From Candidatus Hydrogenedentota bacterium (GTDB lineage Bacteria > Hydrogenedentota > Hydrogenedentia > Hydrogenedentales > SLHB01): a stretch of 64,000 nt of DNA. A program made the translations under genes and the position numbers. This document shows, in pieces, positions 28,610-41,296 of this stretch (position 1 is the first letter of the stretch; every line of letters begins with the position of its first letter). The stretch covers positions 288,001 through 352,000 of the forward strand of contig CAVUWV010000036.1 in the NCBI GenBank assembly GCA_963745075.1. The letters run 5' to 3'. Under the pieces are notes generated by a model. That model saw only the letters and a program-made list of their open reading frames with translations, was not told the DNA's origin and did no database searches.

Positions 28610-30713
28610 TTAATCTCTGAGAAGCCCTCTGTTTTTAAGCAACGGTGTTATTTCAGGTTCACGTCCGCGGAAATTAACAAATAATTCCATCGGATCTTTT
28701 ACTCCGTTCAACTCGAGAATATTTTTTCTGAAAGAAGTGGCAGTAGCCTGATCAAAAATGCCCTTTTCCCTGAAAGCTTCATAGGCATCATTATCGAGCA
28801 CTGCAGCCCAGATGTAACTGTAATAACCTGCATCATAACCACCCATGATATGTTTGAAGTAGGTGCTCCGGTAACGGGGAAGAATTTCCGGAATCAATCC
28901 GATGCCATCCAGATAATCTTTTTCAAATTTATTGATATCCAAATCTTTGGGTTCGTTTTGCATATGATACTCCATATCGAGCATAGAAGCTGCCAGGTAT
29001 TCAACATTGTCAAAGCCCTGATTGAAATACGTACTTTTTTTCATCTTTTCGATGAGTTCATCAGGAATAGGCTCTCCGGTTTCGTAGTGTTTTGCATACA
29101 TATTGAGTACCTGCGGCTCAGTGGCCCAATGTTCCATGATCTGTGAAGGCAGTTCAACAAAATCGCGGGCTACAAAAGTTTCCGGATAATGATTTTTGGC
29201 AAACAGTCCGTCCAGTGAATGGCCAAACTCATGAAACAGAGTTTCAACCTCATCCATACTGAGCAATGCAGGCTTATCTCCTGATGGTTTAGTGAAGTTG
29301 GTAACTACGGTAACAACCGGTGTTACTTTTTTACCATCCTGCTGCACATAATATTCACGGTAATCCCCACACCATGCTCCTACTTCTTTGCTTGCGCGGG
29401 GATCAGAAATCCATATAAAGCACACCCAGGTGTGAACCATCAGCTTCCTTCACATCAAAAGCCATGGCATCCGGATGTGGCTTCGGAATGTCTTTGATCT
29501 CTGTGAAAGTAATGCCATACAACTTATTGGCAACAGAAAAAGCACCTTCACGCACATTATTTAATTCAAAATAAGGCCGTAACTCATTGTCATCCAAATC
29601 GTATTTTGCCTTACGAACCTTCTCGGCATAGTACCACCAGTCCCAGCTGGCCAGTTTAAAGTTTCCACCTTCATCATTGATCATCTGCTGCATGTCTTTG
29701 GCTTCTTGTTTAGAAACAGGCAGGGCAGCATCCCACAATTTATTCAACAAATTCATCACGTTTTCCGGCTTTTTAGCCATACGATCAGAAAGCCTGTAAC
29801 CGGCATAATTATCAAATCCAAGCAGGTGGGCTTTCTCTACCCGCAGTTTAAGGATATCAGAAAGTATTTGTTTATTGTCATACTGATCATCTTGATTGCC
29901 CCTGGTAGTATAACCCATATAAAGTTCTTTACGCAGGTCACGGTTTTTTGCGTATGTAAGAAAAGGAAGCATGGATGGTTTCTGGGTAGTGAAAACCCAT
30001 TTACCTTCCAGACTGTCTTCTTTGGCTGTTTGTGCAGCAGCCTGAATAACTGATGGCGGTAATCCGGCCAGATCTACTTCATTATCAATTACCAGCTTAA
30101 AATTATTGGTTTCGGCAAGTACATTCTGTTCGAATTTCAGGGTCAGCAGACTCAGCTTCTGATTTATTTCTTTTAATTGTTCCTTTTTGTCAGCAGGTAA
30201 ATTGGCACCATCCAGCACAAAACCCTTGTAAACATTTTCCAGTATATAGTTTTGTGTTTCATCCAGGTTCAGATCGGCTTTCTGGTCATACACAGCTTTA
30301 ACACGTTTGAAAAGCTCAGGATTCAGACCAATCTCATCAAAATGGGCTGATAGCTTAGGGGAGATCTCTTCGGCAATCTGCTGCATCTCATCATTGGTAC
30401 TGGCACTGTTAAGCCCGTAAAAAACCGATGCTACCTTGCCTAGCAAATGGCCGCTATAAGCCATTGCCTCAATTGTATTTTCAAATGTTGGCGCTTCAGG
30501 ATTGTTTACTATTGCAGCAATCTCATCACTATGCTGCTTCATGGCTTCTTCAAAAGCCGGAATATAATCATTGTTAGTGATCTTGTCGAATGGCGGAACC
30601 CCAAATGGTGTGTTGTACTCCGTCAGAAAGGGATTTGATACAGCTTCTTTCTTTTGCTGACACGAAGGCAAAAGAAAAAGGGCCGTAAAACCCAGGAAAA
30701 ATAATCGCTTCAT
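28610..30713 (-). CDS. M3 family metallopeptidase (Dcp/oligopeptidase A-like) lipoprotein, frameshift near 29405
   Basis: SNPFL..PFGVPPF, WDWWYYAEK, TLFHEFGH, RDFVELPSQIMEHW and GYYSYIWA. Removing one base restores YMDFYPRASK. Confidence 0.9.
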
Positions 30714-30859
30714 AAATAAAATTTTAGTTAAATGGTTATCAATATGGATAAATTATCTGCTCATTTTGAATGAATAGCTTCTGTAAAATTGAAGATTAAA
30801 TAAACAAAAAATTATGCAAAGGTCAATGGGGTTGAAGGTCATACCTGTTGTACAACAGA

Positions 30860-33800
30860 TTACGGATGTATCCCCACTTCAACAACAGGTATTTCAATAA
30901 TCTTCACCGGTCCCAGTAACCCGGAAGCACGCAGATATTTCTCAGCATCAGGGGCCTCAAACTTATGTACATTGGTCTGTGTGATGCGCTGACTCTCAGG
31001 CAACTTACTGTCTCCAATTAACCGGTTAGGCCATAGATTGACAACGGCTACTTTTAATTCATTATTCCCTTTTTGAACATACGGAGTAATCTCCACCTGA
31101 AAAGGCGCCTTCCAGCTCAGTGGCAATTCATGTCCGTTAACTGTAATGACTGCCATCTCCTGCACGTTTCCCAGATCCAGCAGGATCTTGTTATTTTTCA
31201 ATTCCGGTTTGTTTAGTTCGAAAGAATTAATGTAAACTGCTTTACCCGAATAATATTTAATACCATCCTGCTGGAAGTCAGTCCACGATTTTAGTGAGTC
31301 AACCGATATCTGTTCCGGGCCTCCCGGAACAGTATCAAAGCGGAGGATCCAGGGACTATTAATAGTCTGGAACGATAGGGTTTTTTCTCCGCTAATTCTG
31401 CTCGTTTGTCCGTCCGACCATGTCAGTGTGTAATTCCCCTGTTCATATATTTCAGCAGACAGTCCATTTCTGGGATCATTCAACGAGATCAGCGGATACT
31501 TGCCCGATCCGAATTCATTATTGGGAAATACCTGTTTTCCGTCTTTTTTTATTTCTACAATATGAGGCTCAGGCTGAACGGTTCTAAACACAATAAATTC
31601 AGACCCTTCCGGAGTAAAATGCAGCGGGATTAAAGTTCGGCCATTTTCTTCCCTCCAGGTATGAATTTTTGAGATCTCGCCGGTCAGAGGATTCCAAAGT
31701 TCCGGTACTTTTCCGGTTACTCTGAAACTGCATTCCGTCTGCTCATAACGATCGGGCAAACTGGTCAGATACCTGTATTTGAAATCATTGATGCCTTTCC
31801 GGTTAAATTTATTAACTACAAAATAAATTTCCTGGTCATTAGTGGTTCGATGTATATAATTAAGTCCGGTATTTTCATCGGATCCGGTAAAGGTAAAATC
31901 GGGGTTCACATTCATATCAGCCAGCACATGATTAATATCCTCTCCCCAGATAACCTTTCCTTTACCGTAAATATGTTCTCTACTGTTTTTACCGTCAATA
32001 TTTCCCCACAACCGTTGAGCAATCTCCTGCACTTCGCGGTCACTTTCCGGATAGCCTGCCAGTCCTGTAGCATTTACCGGTTTGGGGCCTACCAGGGTCA
32101 TTCCACTCTTCACCAGCTTTTCAATTTTTTTCAATACATCAAGGTTGATTTCTCTTTCATCAGGCAACATCAGGATTCGATAACTCATTCCATCCGGAAG
32201 TAAAATTTTTTGTCCGTCAAAAGTCAGCCTGGTTCAGAATTACCTCCCTGGAACATTTATCCCAGTCGTAACCTGCATTTAATTGTGGAAGTTCTTCTTT
32301 GAGAAAAACAAAATTTGGTACATCGTCCCCATAATAGTAAAGCACATCAGCCACAAAAAGTCCCTGCTGCAACATAAAGCTATTGCGGTTCAGGTAACTG
32401 ATAAAATCTCCGGCCTGATCCCACCAGGTGACATTTGGATTCAGGTGTGTTCCGGCAAAATACTCATTGCCGGGTAGTCCAAATTCTTTGGGTGAAGAGG
32501 TAAACGTATGCCACACGATACGGTTGACACCTGAACAAAAGATCCTGTCGAGATTAGCTTTCAGGTCTTTAGGTGAACGTTCCCACTGGGGTCCTATGCT
32601 GGTAGGACCTTCCGCTGCGACAAACCTTTTTCCGTTGGTATGAGCAACGCTGGCACTTTGTCGTACTGAGAGGCGTTCGGCATCTTTCACACGATGGGTA
32701 TTGGAGCGGACCCAAAATTCCCCTTGCGGATAATCACTGATGGCCATGATCTCCAGTGCGTCTATTGGCGCCGAATGCGGTCCGCCCGATTCGGGATGTA
32801 TGCCCATGCCATACTGATGAGCCAGGTCGTACAGCAGCTTATAATGTTTATCAGCCACCAAATCGTTGACTGTTCTTCGTAAATCATACAGGAAGCGATC
32901 AGAAATCTCGCGGCTTTCCACGATTCTGCCAGCCAACACCGGCATGAACGGGTAAATATCGTAGCCACGATATTTTTTAAATTCAGCAGGAAAATCGTCG
33001 GTCCAGTTCACCACACCCATCTCCCAACTGTCCGTTAGCAGGTATTTCACACTATTACCAGCTGATTGGGCAGCTTTTATCAGTGGCAGGACAACCGAGT
33101 CGGCAAATACATTAAAGGCTTTTGCACTCAGGTGATCCACCGACAACCCATTCCAACCGTCGCTTGAAGTAGAAGTTCGTGCACCGGTACAGGTATACCC
33201 ATAGCGGATGATGGTCCATTGGCCTTCCGGAGCATTCCATTCAAGAATCCCGTTTTTGAACTGACTTGTCAGGTCAATAATTTCTTCTTTCTGAACGGCA
33301 ATGTCCTCCCCTGTCCCCGGATAATCTTCCCGCAGCTTATATAAGGGATAGATACCTTTCCAGCCAATGCTCTGGTTAAAGGTTTTGATGCTCCAGTTTT
33401 CAATGGCACTGTCTTTGAGCGGCGCTCCTTCCTTTTCCCGCACTGCCTGCACAATCACATCTTTATATAATAGTTTTTTTCCCGGCTGAGGCAGCCTGAG
33501 ATTTAATATTTTTCCTCCTGTAACAATGGTATCTGCATATACTATTTTTTTCATAGCATATTCAGGAGTTATGGAAGGGCCACCCGGATTCCATCCGCTT
33601 CCCAGGTTCACACTAAGTTCAATTCCCAGTTTGTCTGCCTGGTTAACAGCATACTTGTATAATTCCATCCAGGCCGGGCTCATATAACGTGGACCCGCCT
33701 TTGTTTTACCGGCAATATCATAGCTCGAGCTGCCGGCATCTACCAGTGTTGCTCCGCCATACCCTTTGGCTTTCATCTCCTGCAGGTCACGGGTAATGGT

Positions 33801-33992
33801 TTCTTTAATAGTATAGCTGTTGAGCCACCACCAGTAACAACGTAAACGGGATTGTGTTGGTGGTTGCCTGAAACCGGCCTCAAGTTCGTTATAATTAATT
33901 TGAGAATTTGTTTTAAGAGAATAATTAACGTCCTGAGCTGTTGATGAAAAAGAAACCAGTATTACACAGAATATAGCAGTAAATCTAAACAT
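30860..33992 (-). CDS. GH106-type alpha-L-rhamnosidase, frameshift near 32220
   Basis: CYWWW, ITRDLQEMK, GSGWNPGGP, LTDSWE and DLGNV..VNG...VVNLWPNRLIGD. One T fewer gives DFDGQKILLPDGMSYRIL. Confidence 0.85.
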
Positions 33993-34102
33993 TTTTTGAA
34001 TTATTTTTAGTACCAAAATATAACTAAAAAACAAGAAACGTGGTTATTTTGCAAGAATTAAATTCCCAGATAGTAGTTGGAACAGTATATACAATATATA
34101 CG

Positions 34103-34140
34103 GAAAACCAGGTACAAAGTCAACTCTGTACCCGGTTTTC
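34103..34140 (-). terminator. Stem-loop downstream of susD
   Basis: GAAAACCAGGTACA...TGTACCCGGTTTTC. Confidence 0.55.
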
Positions 34141-34165
34141 TCTGCTGCTAACTAACTACTAACTA

Positions 34166-35836
34166 TTATTGATAGCCTGGATTTTGTATCAATTCCGCAT
34201 CTTTATTCAAATCGATTTCTGTTTGAGGAATAGGTAACAATGTATTATAATCCTGAATCCCATTCGTTGTTTCAATATTTCCATTTGCAATCGGAGCAAT
34301 ACCATTGAGTCTTTTAGCCCGTTCCACCAGCGTGCCGGTACGAACCAAAGTCATTCGCCTGTTTTCTTCACCAATAAGCTCCCGGGCTCTTTCATCCAGG
34401 ATAAAATCCAGCGTAATGTCATTGGCTGATACCTGTGGTGCATGAGCACGAGTTCTAAGCTCATTGATATCATCTGCAGCTCCCGGGGAATTCCCCTGCT
34501 TAAACCTTGCTTCGGCCCGTAACAAATAGGTCTCACCCAGACGCATTATAATGAAATCCTTCCACATCCCGTAGCCAAAAACATCCCTTGGATCGAACTG
34601 GCCCCATTTCAGGGTATATGGAGTTATTTTGTAGACAGTATCCAGTGCAAAAATCTGAATTGAGTCAGTCGCATTAAGTGCAAATGCTGTGTCTTTACCA
34701 TAAGGAACAGGAAGACCACGTATTGCATCATATCGTGGATCGGGATTATTGAAATAATGCTGACGGTGTATACTAAACCTGGAATTCCGCATATCGCCGG
34801 TAGGATAAAGATCATACAATACCCAATTATCCAGTCGCATACGAGTAAGTCCTCGCCCTCCTAACGAATCACAGGGAACCATGCCCGGTTCATCATGATA
34901 ACCAGCGCCCCAGATTCTTCGTTGTTGTGGATATCCGGTACTTCCACCCGGCACATCAGCGGGATTTTCCTGCTGAAGCCCCCATATAACTTCTGTATTT
35001 CCTTCAGAACGACGTTGTTTTCCTACACGGAACATATCGGAAAATGCATCCCCCGGATAACTAACGTCCCCATAACGTTCAGTAACCAGACTAAAATTAC
35101 TACTTCCAATAATATCCGTACAAAGTCTTTCCGCCTGATCAGGCTGCCCTAATCGCAAATAAACCTCTGCGAGCAACTGACGGGCCATTGATTGGTTAGC
35201 CCTGGCAACTTTAGCAGCATTTACATCCGGAAGATGATCAATAGCATACTGCAGGTCACCCACAATGAGGTCATTTACATCTGACAGCGGAGCCCGTACA
35301 AAATCAGTTTTAGGTTCACTCAAGGGTTCTGAAACCAGTGGTACTCCACCATATAATGTCGCGAGCATATTATATGCATATGCCCTGAAAAACCTCGCTT
35401 CTGCATTATAAGCATCAATCTCATCCTGGGACATGCCGGCAGGATTATTATTTTCTGAGTTATATATAAGTACATTTGCATTATTAATCAGTGTATATAA
35501 ATACTGCCATAATTTTCTTGATGCAGGATCTGTTGAAGTTAATAATGCATAGTCAAAATAAGGACGGGCATCACCATTCGACCTGCCCATGGGCGCCCAG
35601 GCTATATCAGTACCCAACTGAAACACACCCAGTATCGTCTGATCATCAGTTGTTGTAAGGAATGTGCTAAAACGGTTATATAAACCTATAGCAGCAGCTT
35701 CGAATCCCAGTTGATCATTTAAAGTGGCAGGAGCATAGGCATCCAGTACTTTTTCATCAAGAAATGATTCTGAACAGGAAGTAATAAGTGTCAAAGCCAG
35801 ACACGTACTAAGAATTAGTTTTATATGTTTTTTCAT
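34166..35836 (-). CDS. SusD/RagB family lipoprotein
   Basis: Lipobox ITSC, EARFFRAYAY, MRLGETYLLRAEA, ILDERARELIGE and C-terminal QNPGY. Confidence 0.95.
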   Translation of the reverse strand: MKKHIKLILSTCLALTLITSCSESFLDEKVLDAYAPATLNDQLGFEAAAIGLYNRFSTFLTTTDDQTILGVFQLGTDIAWAPMGRSNGDARPYFDYALLTSTDPASRKLWQYLYTLINNANVLIYNSENNNPAGMSQDEIDAYNAEARFFRAYAYNMLATLYGGVPLVSEPLSEPKTDFVRAPLSDVNDLIVGDLQYAIDHLPDVNAAKVARANQSMARQLLAEVYLRLGQPDQAERLCTDIIGSSNFSLVTERYGDVSYPGDAFSDMFRVGKQRRSEGNTEVIWGLQQENPADVPGGSTGYPQQRRIWGAGYHDEPGMVPCDSLGGRGLTRMRLDNWVLYDLYPTGDMRNSRFSIHRQHYFNNPDPRYDAIRGLPVPYGKDTAFALNATDSIQIFALDTVYKITPYTLKWGQFDPRDVFGYGMWKDFIIMRLGETYLLRAEARFKQGNSPGAADDINELRTRAHAPQVSANDITLDFILDERARELIGEENRRMTLVRTGTLVERAKRLNGIAPIANGNIETTNGIQDYNTLLPIPQTEIDLNKDAELIQNPGYQ

Positions 35837-35860
35837 TTCAAATTCATTTTAAGGTGAAAA

Positions 35861-38800
35861 TTAAAGGGTCAGGTTAATTCCGAGTGAAATTGTTCTGATG
35901 GGGGGATAATTATTTCTCCAGTTACCCGCCCCTCTTGAATCGTAATTCATTTCAGGATCCCAGCCAAACCAATTTGTGAATGTATAGAGATTTCTGCCAG
36001 TCAAATAAATAGTTAATCCGCTTACCCTATACTTTTGTAAAAAAGCCTGAGGAACAGCATAACTTAAGCTTACATCTTTAATCCTGACATAGCTCCAGTT
36101 TTCAGCAAACTGAAATCCTCTGTAGTTTTTATAAGCAGCGAGTGACGGCCAGTAATTATCCTTATTTTCAGGTGTCCAGTATTGATAACCGGCAGGCAAA
36201 TTCCTTCTCCAGGCTTCATCAGCATAAGTTAGATATGAATCACGTTTTAAACCACCCTGCGATGTCTGAATAAATATACTCAGATTGAAATTCTTGTAAT
36301 GAAACGTATTTGTCATACCACCGGTCCATTTAGGATCTCTCTGTCCTATGACAACCCGGTCATCTGCAGTTATCTGTCCATCTCCGTTCTGATCTTTGAA
36401 TTTTAGATCACCAGGTTGTGCAATCGGATCAGTTCCGGAGGGATCTTCCCCTTCCTGCCATATCCCAAGCTTCTCATAATCATAAATCACGTGTAGAGGT
36501 TCTCCTATGAACCATGTATTTCCTATATCATCTCTCCCATCTCCGTATAACTCAAGGATCTTGTTTTTATAGGTAGAGAAATTAAGACTGGTTTCCCAAC
36601 GAAAATCATCGCTACGGATATTTACAGTTCTTAAGTTAAGATCAACCCCCACATTTTGCATTTGGCCCAGATTAACCCAAATATTCTGATATCCTGTTAT
36701 ACTGGGTAAATTTCTTCTAAGTAAAATATCCTTTGTCTTGGTTTTATAAACCTCAACAGTTCCGCTGATTCTGTTTTTCAGAATTCCAAAATCTATTCCC
36801 AAATTCAGAGCAGTAGTAGACTCCCAGTTGAGATTTGGATTCCCCATTCTGTTATATATAACACCGGTTAATGCTGATCCCCCAAACGGATATTGCACTG
36901 TATTTGCTATGGAAGCAGTCTGATTAGGAGCAATCGCCTGATTACCTGTTAATCCATAAGAAAGACGGACTTTCAACTGATTAATTAAATCCTTGTTCTT
37001 CATGAATTCTTCATTGGCTATGTTCCATCCTACTGCAACTGAAGGGAATAATCCATATTTATCAGTATTAGATCCAAACGCAGAATAACCATCACGACGT
37101 GCAGTTACTGTCAAGAGATAGCGACTGTCATATGAATAGTTAATTCTGCCCATTTGGGAAGCCAGGGTATAGTCGTTTCCTTTTGTACTGTCGGACTGAG
37201 AAAGACCTGCACTCATATTGAAATAAGACAACGCGTCATTGGGGAACCCCCTGGAAAGTGCCTGTGATCTGAAATACTTTACTTTTTGTGCACTGTATAA
37301 GGCTGTAATATCAATATGATGTTTCCCGAAGTCTTTATTATACGAGAGTATATTTTCAATTACCCAGTTGTTAGTATGTGTATTGGTTACAGTTGCGGTT
37401 CCGCTTTGATCATTGTAATCTCGTCCTGTATACATTGCAGTCCTGAATATATTATAAATATAGGATGCATTTAAACGATATTTTAATCCTTTTAGAAAAC
37501 CAGGCGTTACTTCAGCATATCCGTTACCTGTCAGATTCAATCCTCTGTCGAGCCTGTCAACAGATAAACCAAGCAATGGATTTGCAAATAATTGTTCAGG
37601 ATACATAGGATAAATGATATTCTCACCATTTTCATCATACGGTACAGAATATGGGCTCATCGCATTGGCTTCCAGAAAATTTACCCTCCCGCCGTCATAA
37701 TTGTTATCAGTTAAAAATGCAGAAGTACCTACTTTTAAATAATCATTGATTTTGGAATCAACATTTGACCGGAACCCGGTTCGTTGATATTGATAACCTT
37801 TTACTACTCCTTTTTCTTTCATATGATTAACAGAAACATAATACTGAACATTTTCGGTTCCACCGGAAATACTAAGATTATGCTCCTGAATATTCCCTGT
37901 TTGGGTAGCTTGCTTTAACCAATCAGTAGTAATTCCATTATTGTAATTTTCCACTTCAGAAGAATTGGGGAGCACTTCTGTTTGGGTAAGTCCGTTTTGT
38001 GTATTAAAATCTGCATATTTTTGTACATATGTTGCAGGATCCATGGGTGTCAGAACATGCTCCATTCCCTCAACACCTACATACCCGTTATATGTGATTT
38101 TCGGTGCACCGGACGTTTCTGAGCCCCTTTTAGTGGTAATAAGTATTACTCCGTTGGCACCTCTGGTACCATAAATAGCTACCGCTGAAGCGTCTTTAAG
38201 AATTTCAATAGATTCAATATCATTAGGATTGATATCATTCATGCTTCCAAAAAAAGGAATTCCATCCAGCACAATGAAAGGACTGGTACTGGCATTAATT
38301 GAATTAACACCACGGATTCGCATTGTCCCGGAGCTTCCAGGAACTGAAGATGTCTGAGTAACATTCAAACCTGCTGCCGACCCTTCAAGTGCATAAGTTA
38401 AATTGGTTACCGGAATTTTTGAAAGTCTATCTTTTGGAACTGAAGTAACTGAACCGGTAATATCAGAACGCTTTTGGGTACCATAACCCACCACTACAAC
38501 TTCATCAAGTTTTTTTACTTCAGGTGAAAGCTCAACATCAATGCTGGTCTGGTCAGTATATTCAATCCGCTGACTTACATATCCTACATATGAAAAAATC
38601 AGGGCCTTCCCATCACGAGGAACCGTAATTGAATAGTTTCCATCAACGTCGGTAGTAACGCCGGTCGTAGTTCCTTCTACAGAAATATTAACTCCGGGTA
38701 GTGGTTCTCCATTTTCCACATGAGTAACCCTCCCGGTTACCTTTTGCTGAGCCAAAGCGTCAGGAGTAATGACAATTATTCTGTCCATCAGATCAAACGA

Positions 38801-39117
38801 AGACCTCGATGAGCTCAGAACATCACGCAAAACATCTGCAACTGTTTCATTTTTTACAGCCAGGTCAAAACGTTTGTCCGGATCAAGTTGATCTACTTTA
38901 TAAAAAATCCTGTATTCGCTCTGTTTTTCAATCTCATTGAAGACATCGAGGTAGGAAGCATTGTTAACATGTATACTAACACGCGCTTTCTGTGAATAAC
39001 CCGTTGCACGAGCTGGAATACAGTTACAAAGGTCAATAAGAAGGTTAGTTTCATGGTTAGCAGTATTTTGTATATGGATTTTTGATAAACTATTCCATAT
39101 AATTTCTTTTTTGTCAT
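35861..39117 (-). CDS. SusC/RagA TonB-dependent transducer with N-terminal STN domain (frameshift near 39010)
   Basis: LDEVVVVGYGT and DIESIEILKDASAVAIYGTRGANGVILITTK. The STN frame (SQKARVSI..EIEKQSEY) is continuous with ORF 35861-38830; the signal peptide is in another frame. Confidence 0.93.
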
Positions 39118-39124
39118 AGCTTTG

Positions 39125-39227
39125 TGGTTTAGATTGATTAATTGCTGAATAAAGATTCTGAAATGATCATTCAGCGGTTAATTGCTTTTACATACCGGGA
39201 AATGTTGGCGCATTTTCCGGTTTTTTT
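39125..39227 (+). ncRNA. Putative antisense sRNA to the susC leader (DonS-like)
   Basis: TAGCTTTG promoter (39117-39124) overlaps the susC start codon on the opposite strand. Hairpin ACCGGGAAATG..CATTTTCCGGT is followed by a T-run. Confidence 0.55.
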
Positions 39228-39283
39228 AATTTCCTTAATTCTTAGGTTTTCCCCATAGGCATCAGTTTTAGTAAGGTTTAACA

Positions 39284-40393
39284 TTATTTAGTAGTGATGT
39301 ATATTTCATGATCTTTTTCATAATAAGTCATGTTCTGAGTGCTTCGGCAAATAACATCCAGTACCTGGTAAATTGTTTCATTGTATATAAATTTTCCTGA
39401 ATAGTGGTTTTTTTTCAATTTTTCACTTTCTACATGGATATTCTTATTATACCATCGGTCTAAACGTTGCACCATCTCTTCAAGAGTTTCATTTTCAAAA
39501 ATCAGTTTTTGATCTTTCCACTCAATTTCTGTATCAAGCCTTTGCTTAACAGGTTTAACAATGACGGAATTATTACTTTTTAGATTGATAAGGGAAGAAC
39601 CACCCTCTTTCGCTTTGGGCTTCTCTTCTGTAAGTTCAATAATCTTCATTTGGTTTTTGTGTCTGTCATAAACAGCTTTCTCTTTAGGTTTAAGAGTAAT
39701 GACTTCTTCCGGAGTATTTTTAATTTTTTTAAGAATTTTTAACGACCCTTTTACTAAAGTAGTCTCTACATTGTTATCACCAGGATAAGATTTAAGATTA
39801 AACGAAGTACCTAAAACCTTAATGATGAGACCTCCGGAATGCACCTGAAATGGTTTTGCATTATTATGCACCACATCGAAATATGCCTCTCCTTCAAGAT
39901 AAACTTCACGGGTTTTCTTTCCGAAAGATGAAGGATAACACAAAACTGTTCCGGAATTAAGCCATACTTTAGTACCATCCGCAAGTATTAGCTGGCCTTT
40001 CTGGCCTTTTGGAATTATTGTCTTGTTAAGTGTTACAGGAATATTGCTACTGTGCACCGGCAATAAAATGAAAAGGAAAACTGTCGATACAAAAAAAACT
40101 ATCAAGATAGCGGCAACCTGCCAGTTCTTGGTTATAATTTGAATAATTCCAGTTCTTTGCTTTTTCTGAATTTTTATTTTATGCCAGAGCTTCTCCAACG
40201 CTTTTGTAGTCCTATTTTCTTCAGCAACAGATAATAGACCGGATGTTTCCCAAATATCCCGCATGATAATAAATTCCTGCATATGCTCATTTTCATTTCT
40301 GAGCCATAATAAAAGCTTCCTGGTTTCAGCATCACTGGCAGAACCATCAAGATAGCGTATAATCAGATCCTGATAAATCTCCTGATTTTCCAT
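39284..40393 (-). CDS. FecR family anti-sigma factor
   Basis: LADGTKVWLNSGT.L.YP, REVYLEGEAYFDV and VLGTSFN; single TM helix. Confidence 0.93.
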   Translation of the reverse strand: MENQEIYQDLIIRYLDGSASDAETRKLLLWLRNENEHMQEFIIMRDIWETSGLLSVAEENRTTKALEKLWHKIKIQKKQRTGIIQIITKNWQVAAILIVFFVSTVFLFILLPVHSSNIPVTLNKTIIPKGQKGQLILADGTKVWLNSGTVLCYPSSFGKKTREVYLEGEAYFDVVHNNAKPFQVHSGGLIIKVLGTSFNLKSYPGDNNVETTLVKGSLKILKKIKNTPEEVITLKPKEKAVYDRHKNQMKIIELTEEKPKAKEGGSSLINLKSNNSVIVKPVKQRLDTEIEWKDQKLIFENETLEEMVQRLDRWYNKNIHVESEKLKKNHYSGKFIYNETIYQVLDVICRSTQNMTYYEKDHEIYITTK

Positions 40394-40438
40394 ATTAATC
40401 CTTTACTTAATTATGAGACAATTCATTTTTGGTTTACC

Positions 40439-41026
40439 CTACCCCTGGGAAGTAAATATTTTCACTAATAAAAGTGACAATACCGGAAGATACTCTTTTA
40501 AATACACCCGTAACAGACTAAGTGCCTTTGACATATGTTTTTCAACAGTTTTTAAATTTATACCAAGAAAAGTTGAAATTTCTGTATTTTTCATGCCGTA
40601 CTTCCTGCTCAGAATAAAAACACGATGACATTGTTCCGGCATTGCTGCAATACACTCAGTTATTTTTTGTTCAAGTTCTCTGGTAAGTAAACTTTCACTG
40701 CTCCCTTGTATCCTTGAATGGTAAAAATCTTCAAGTTCTGACCTGGCTGATCTGTGATTTCCATGAGAATCATTACGCACCTGTTGATGCTTAAGATAGT
40801 TTAAAGACCTGTTATAAACAGATGTAAACAAATATGATCTGATAGATTTTATTTGGAAAAGTAAACTGCGTTTTTCCCAAAGCTGAAAAAACACATCCTG
40901 CACAATATCATCAGCGGCATCAGGATTTCCTACATAACGAAAAGCATAAGCACGTAGATTTTGATAATAAGTTATAAAGAGCTCCTCAAGCTTATCTTTT
41001 TCACTATTCTCATTAAGTTTTTTCAA
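40439..41026 (-). CDS. ECF sigma-70 factor (Bacteroides expansion type)
   Basis: DIVQDVFFQLW, SYLFTSVYNRSLN and VFILSR..GINLKTVEKHM. Confidence 0.93.
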   Translation of the reverse strand: MKKLNENSEKDKLEELFITYYQNLRAYAFRYVGNPDAADDIVQDVFFQLWEKRSLLFQIKSIRSYLFTSVYNRSLNYLKHQQVRNDSHGNHRSARSELEDFYHSRIQGSSESLLTRELEQKITECIAAMPEQCHRVFILSRKYGMKNTEISTFLGINLKTVEKHMSKALSLLRVYLKEYLPVLSLLLVKIFTSQG

Positions 41027-41296
41027 TGCCTGACTGGTTCAGTTTGTTTCAAATAATCAATTAGATGAAATTACAACTGTTTTATTATTGTTTTAAAATG
41101 GAATGAAATTAGGTGAAAACTGGCATATTAGCAAAAATGTTTCCCGTATTTTATTTCACAGGTTTATATTTTCTTACATCAAATCGATTAAAACCAACTT
41201 ATACAAGCAGGGCTTTTCAAAAAATCACCAGGACAATTGGCTACATACTTTTACATATTTAAAACAAATCTTTAAACTAACATTTTTAACTATCTA

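Noticed and set aside
28610..33992. Programmed frameshifting or true pseudogenes in the M3 and GH106 genes
   Set aside because: Single indels with intact catalytic motifs, no evident recoding signals, and the same pattern across the window.
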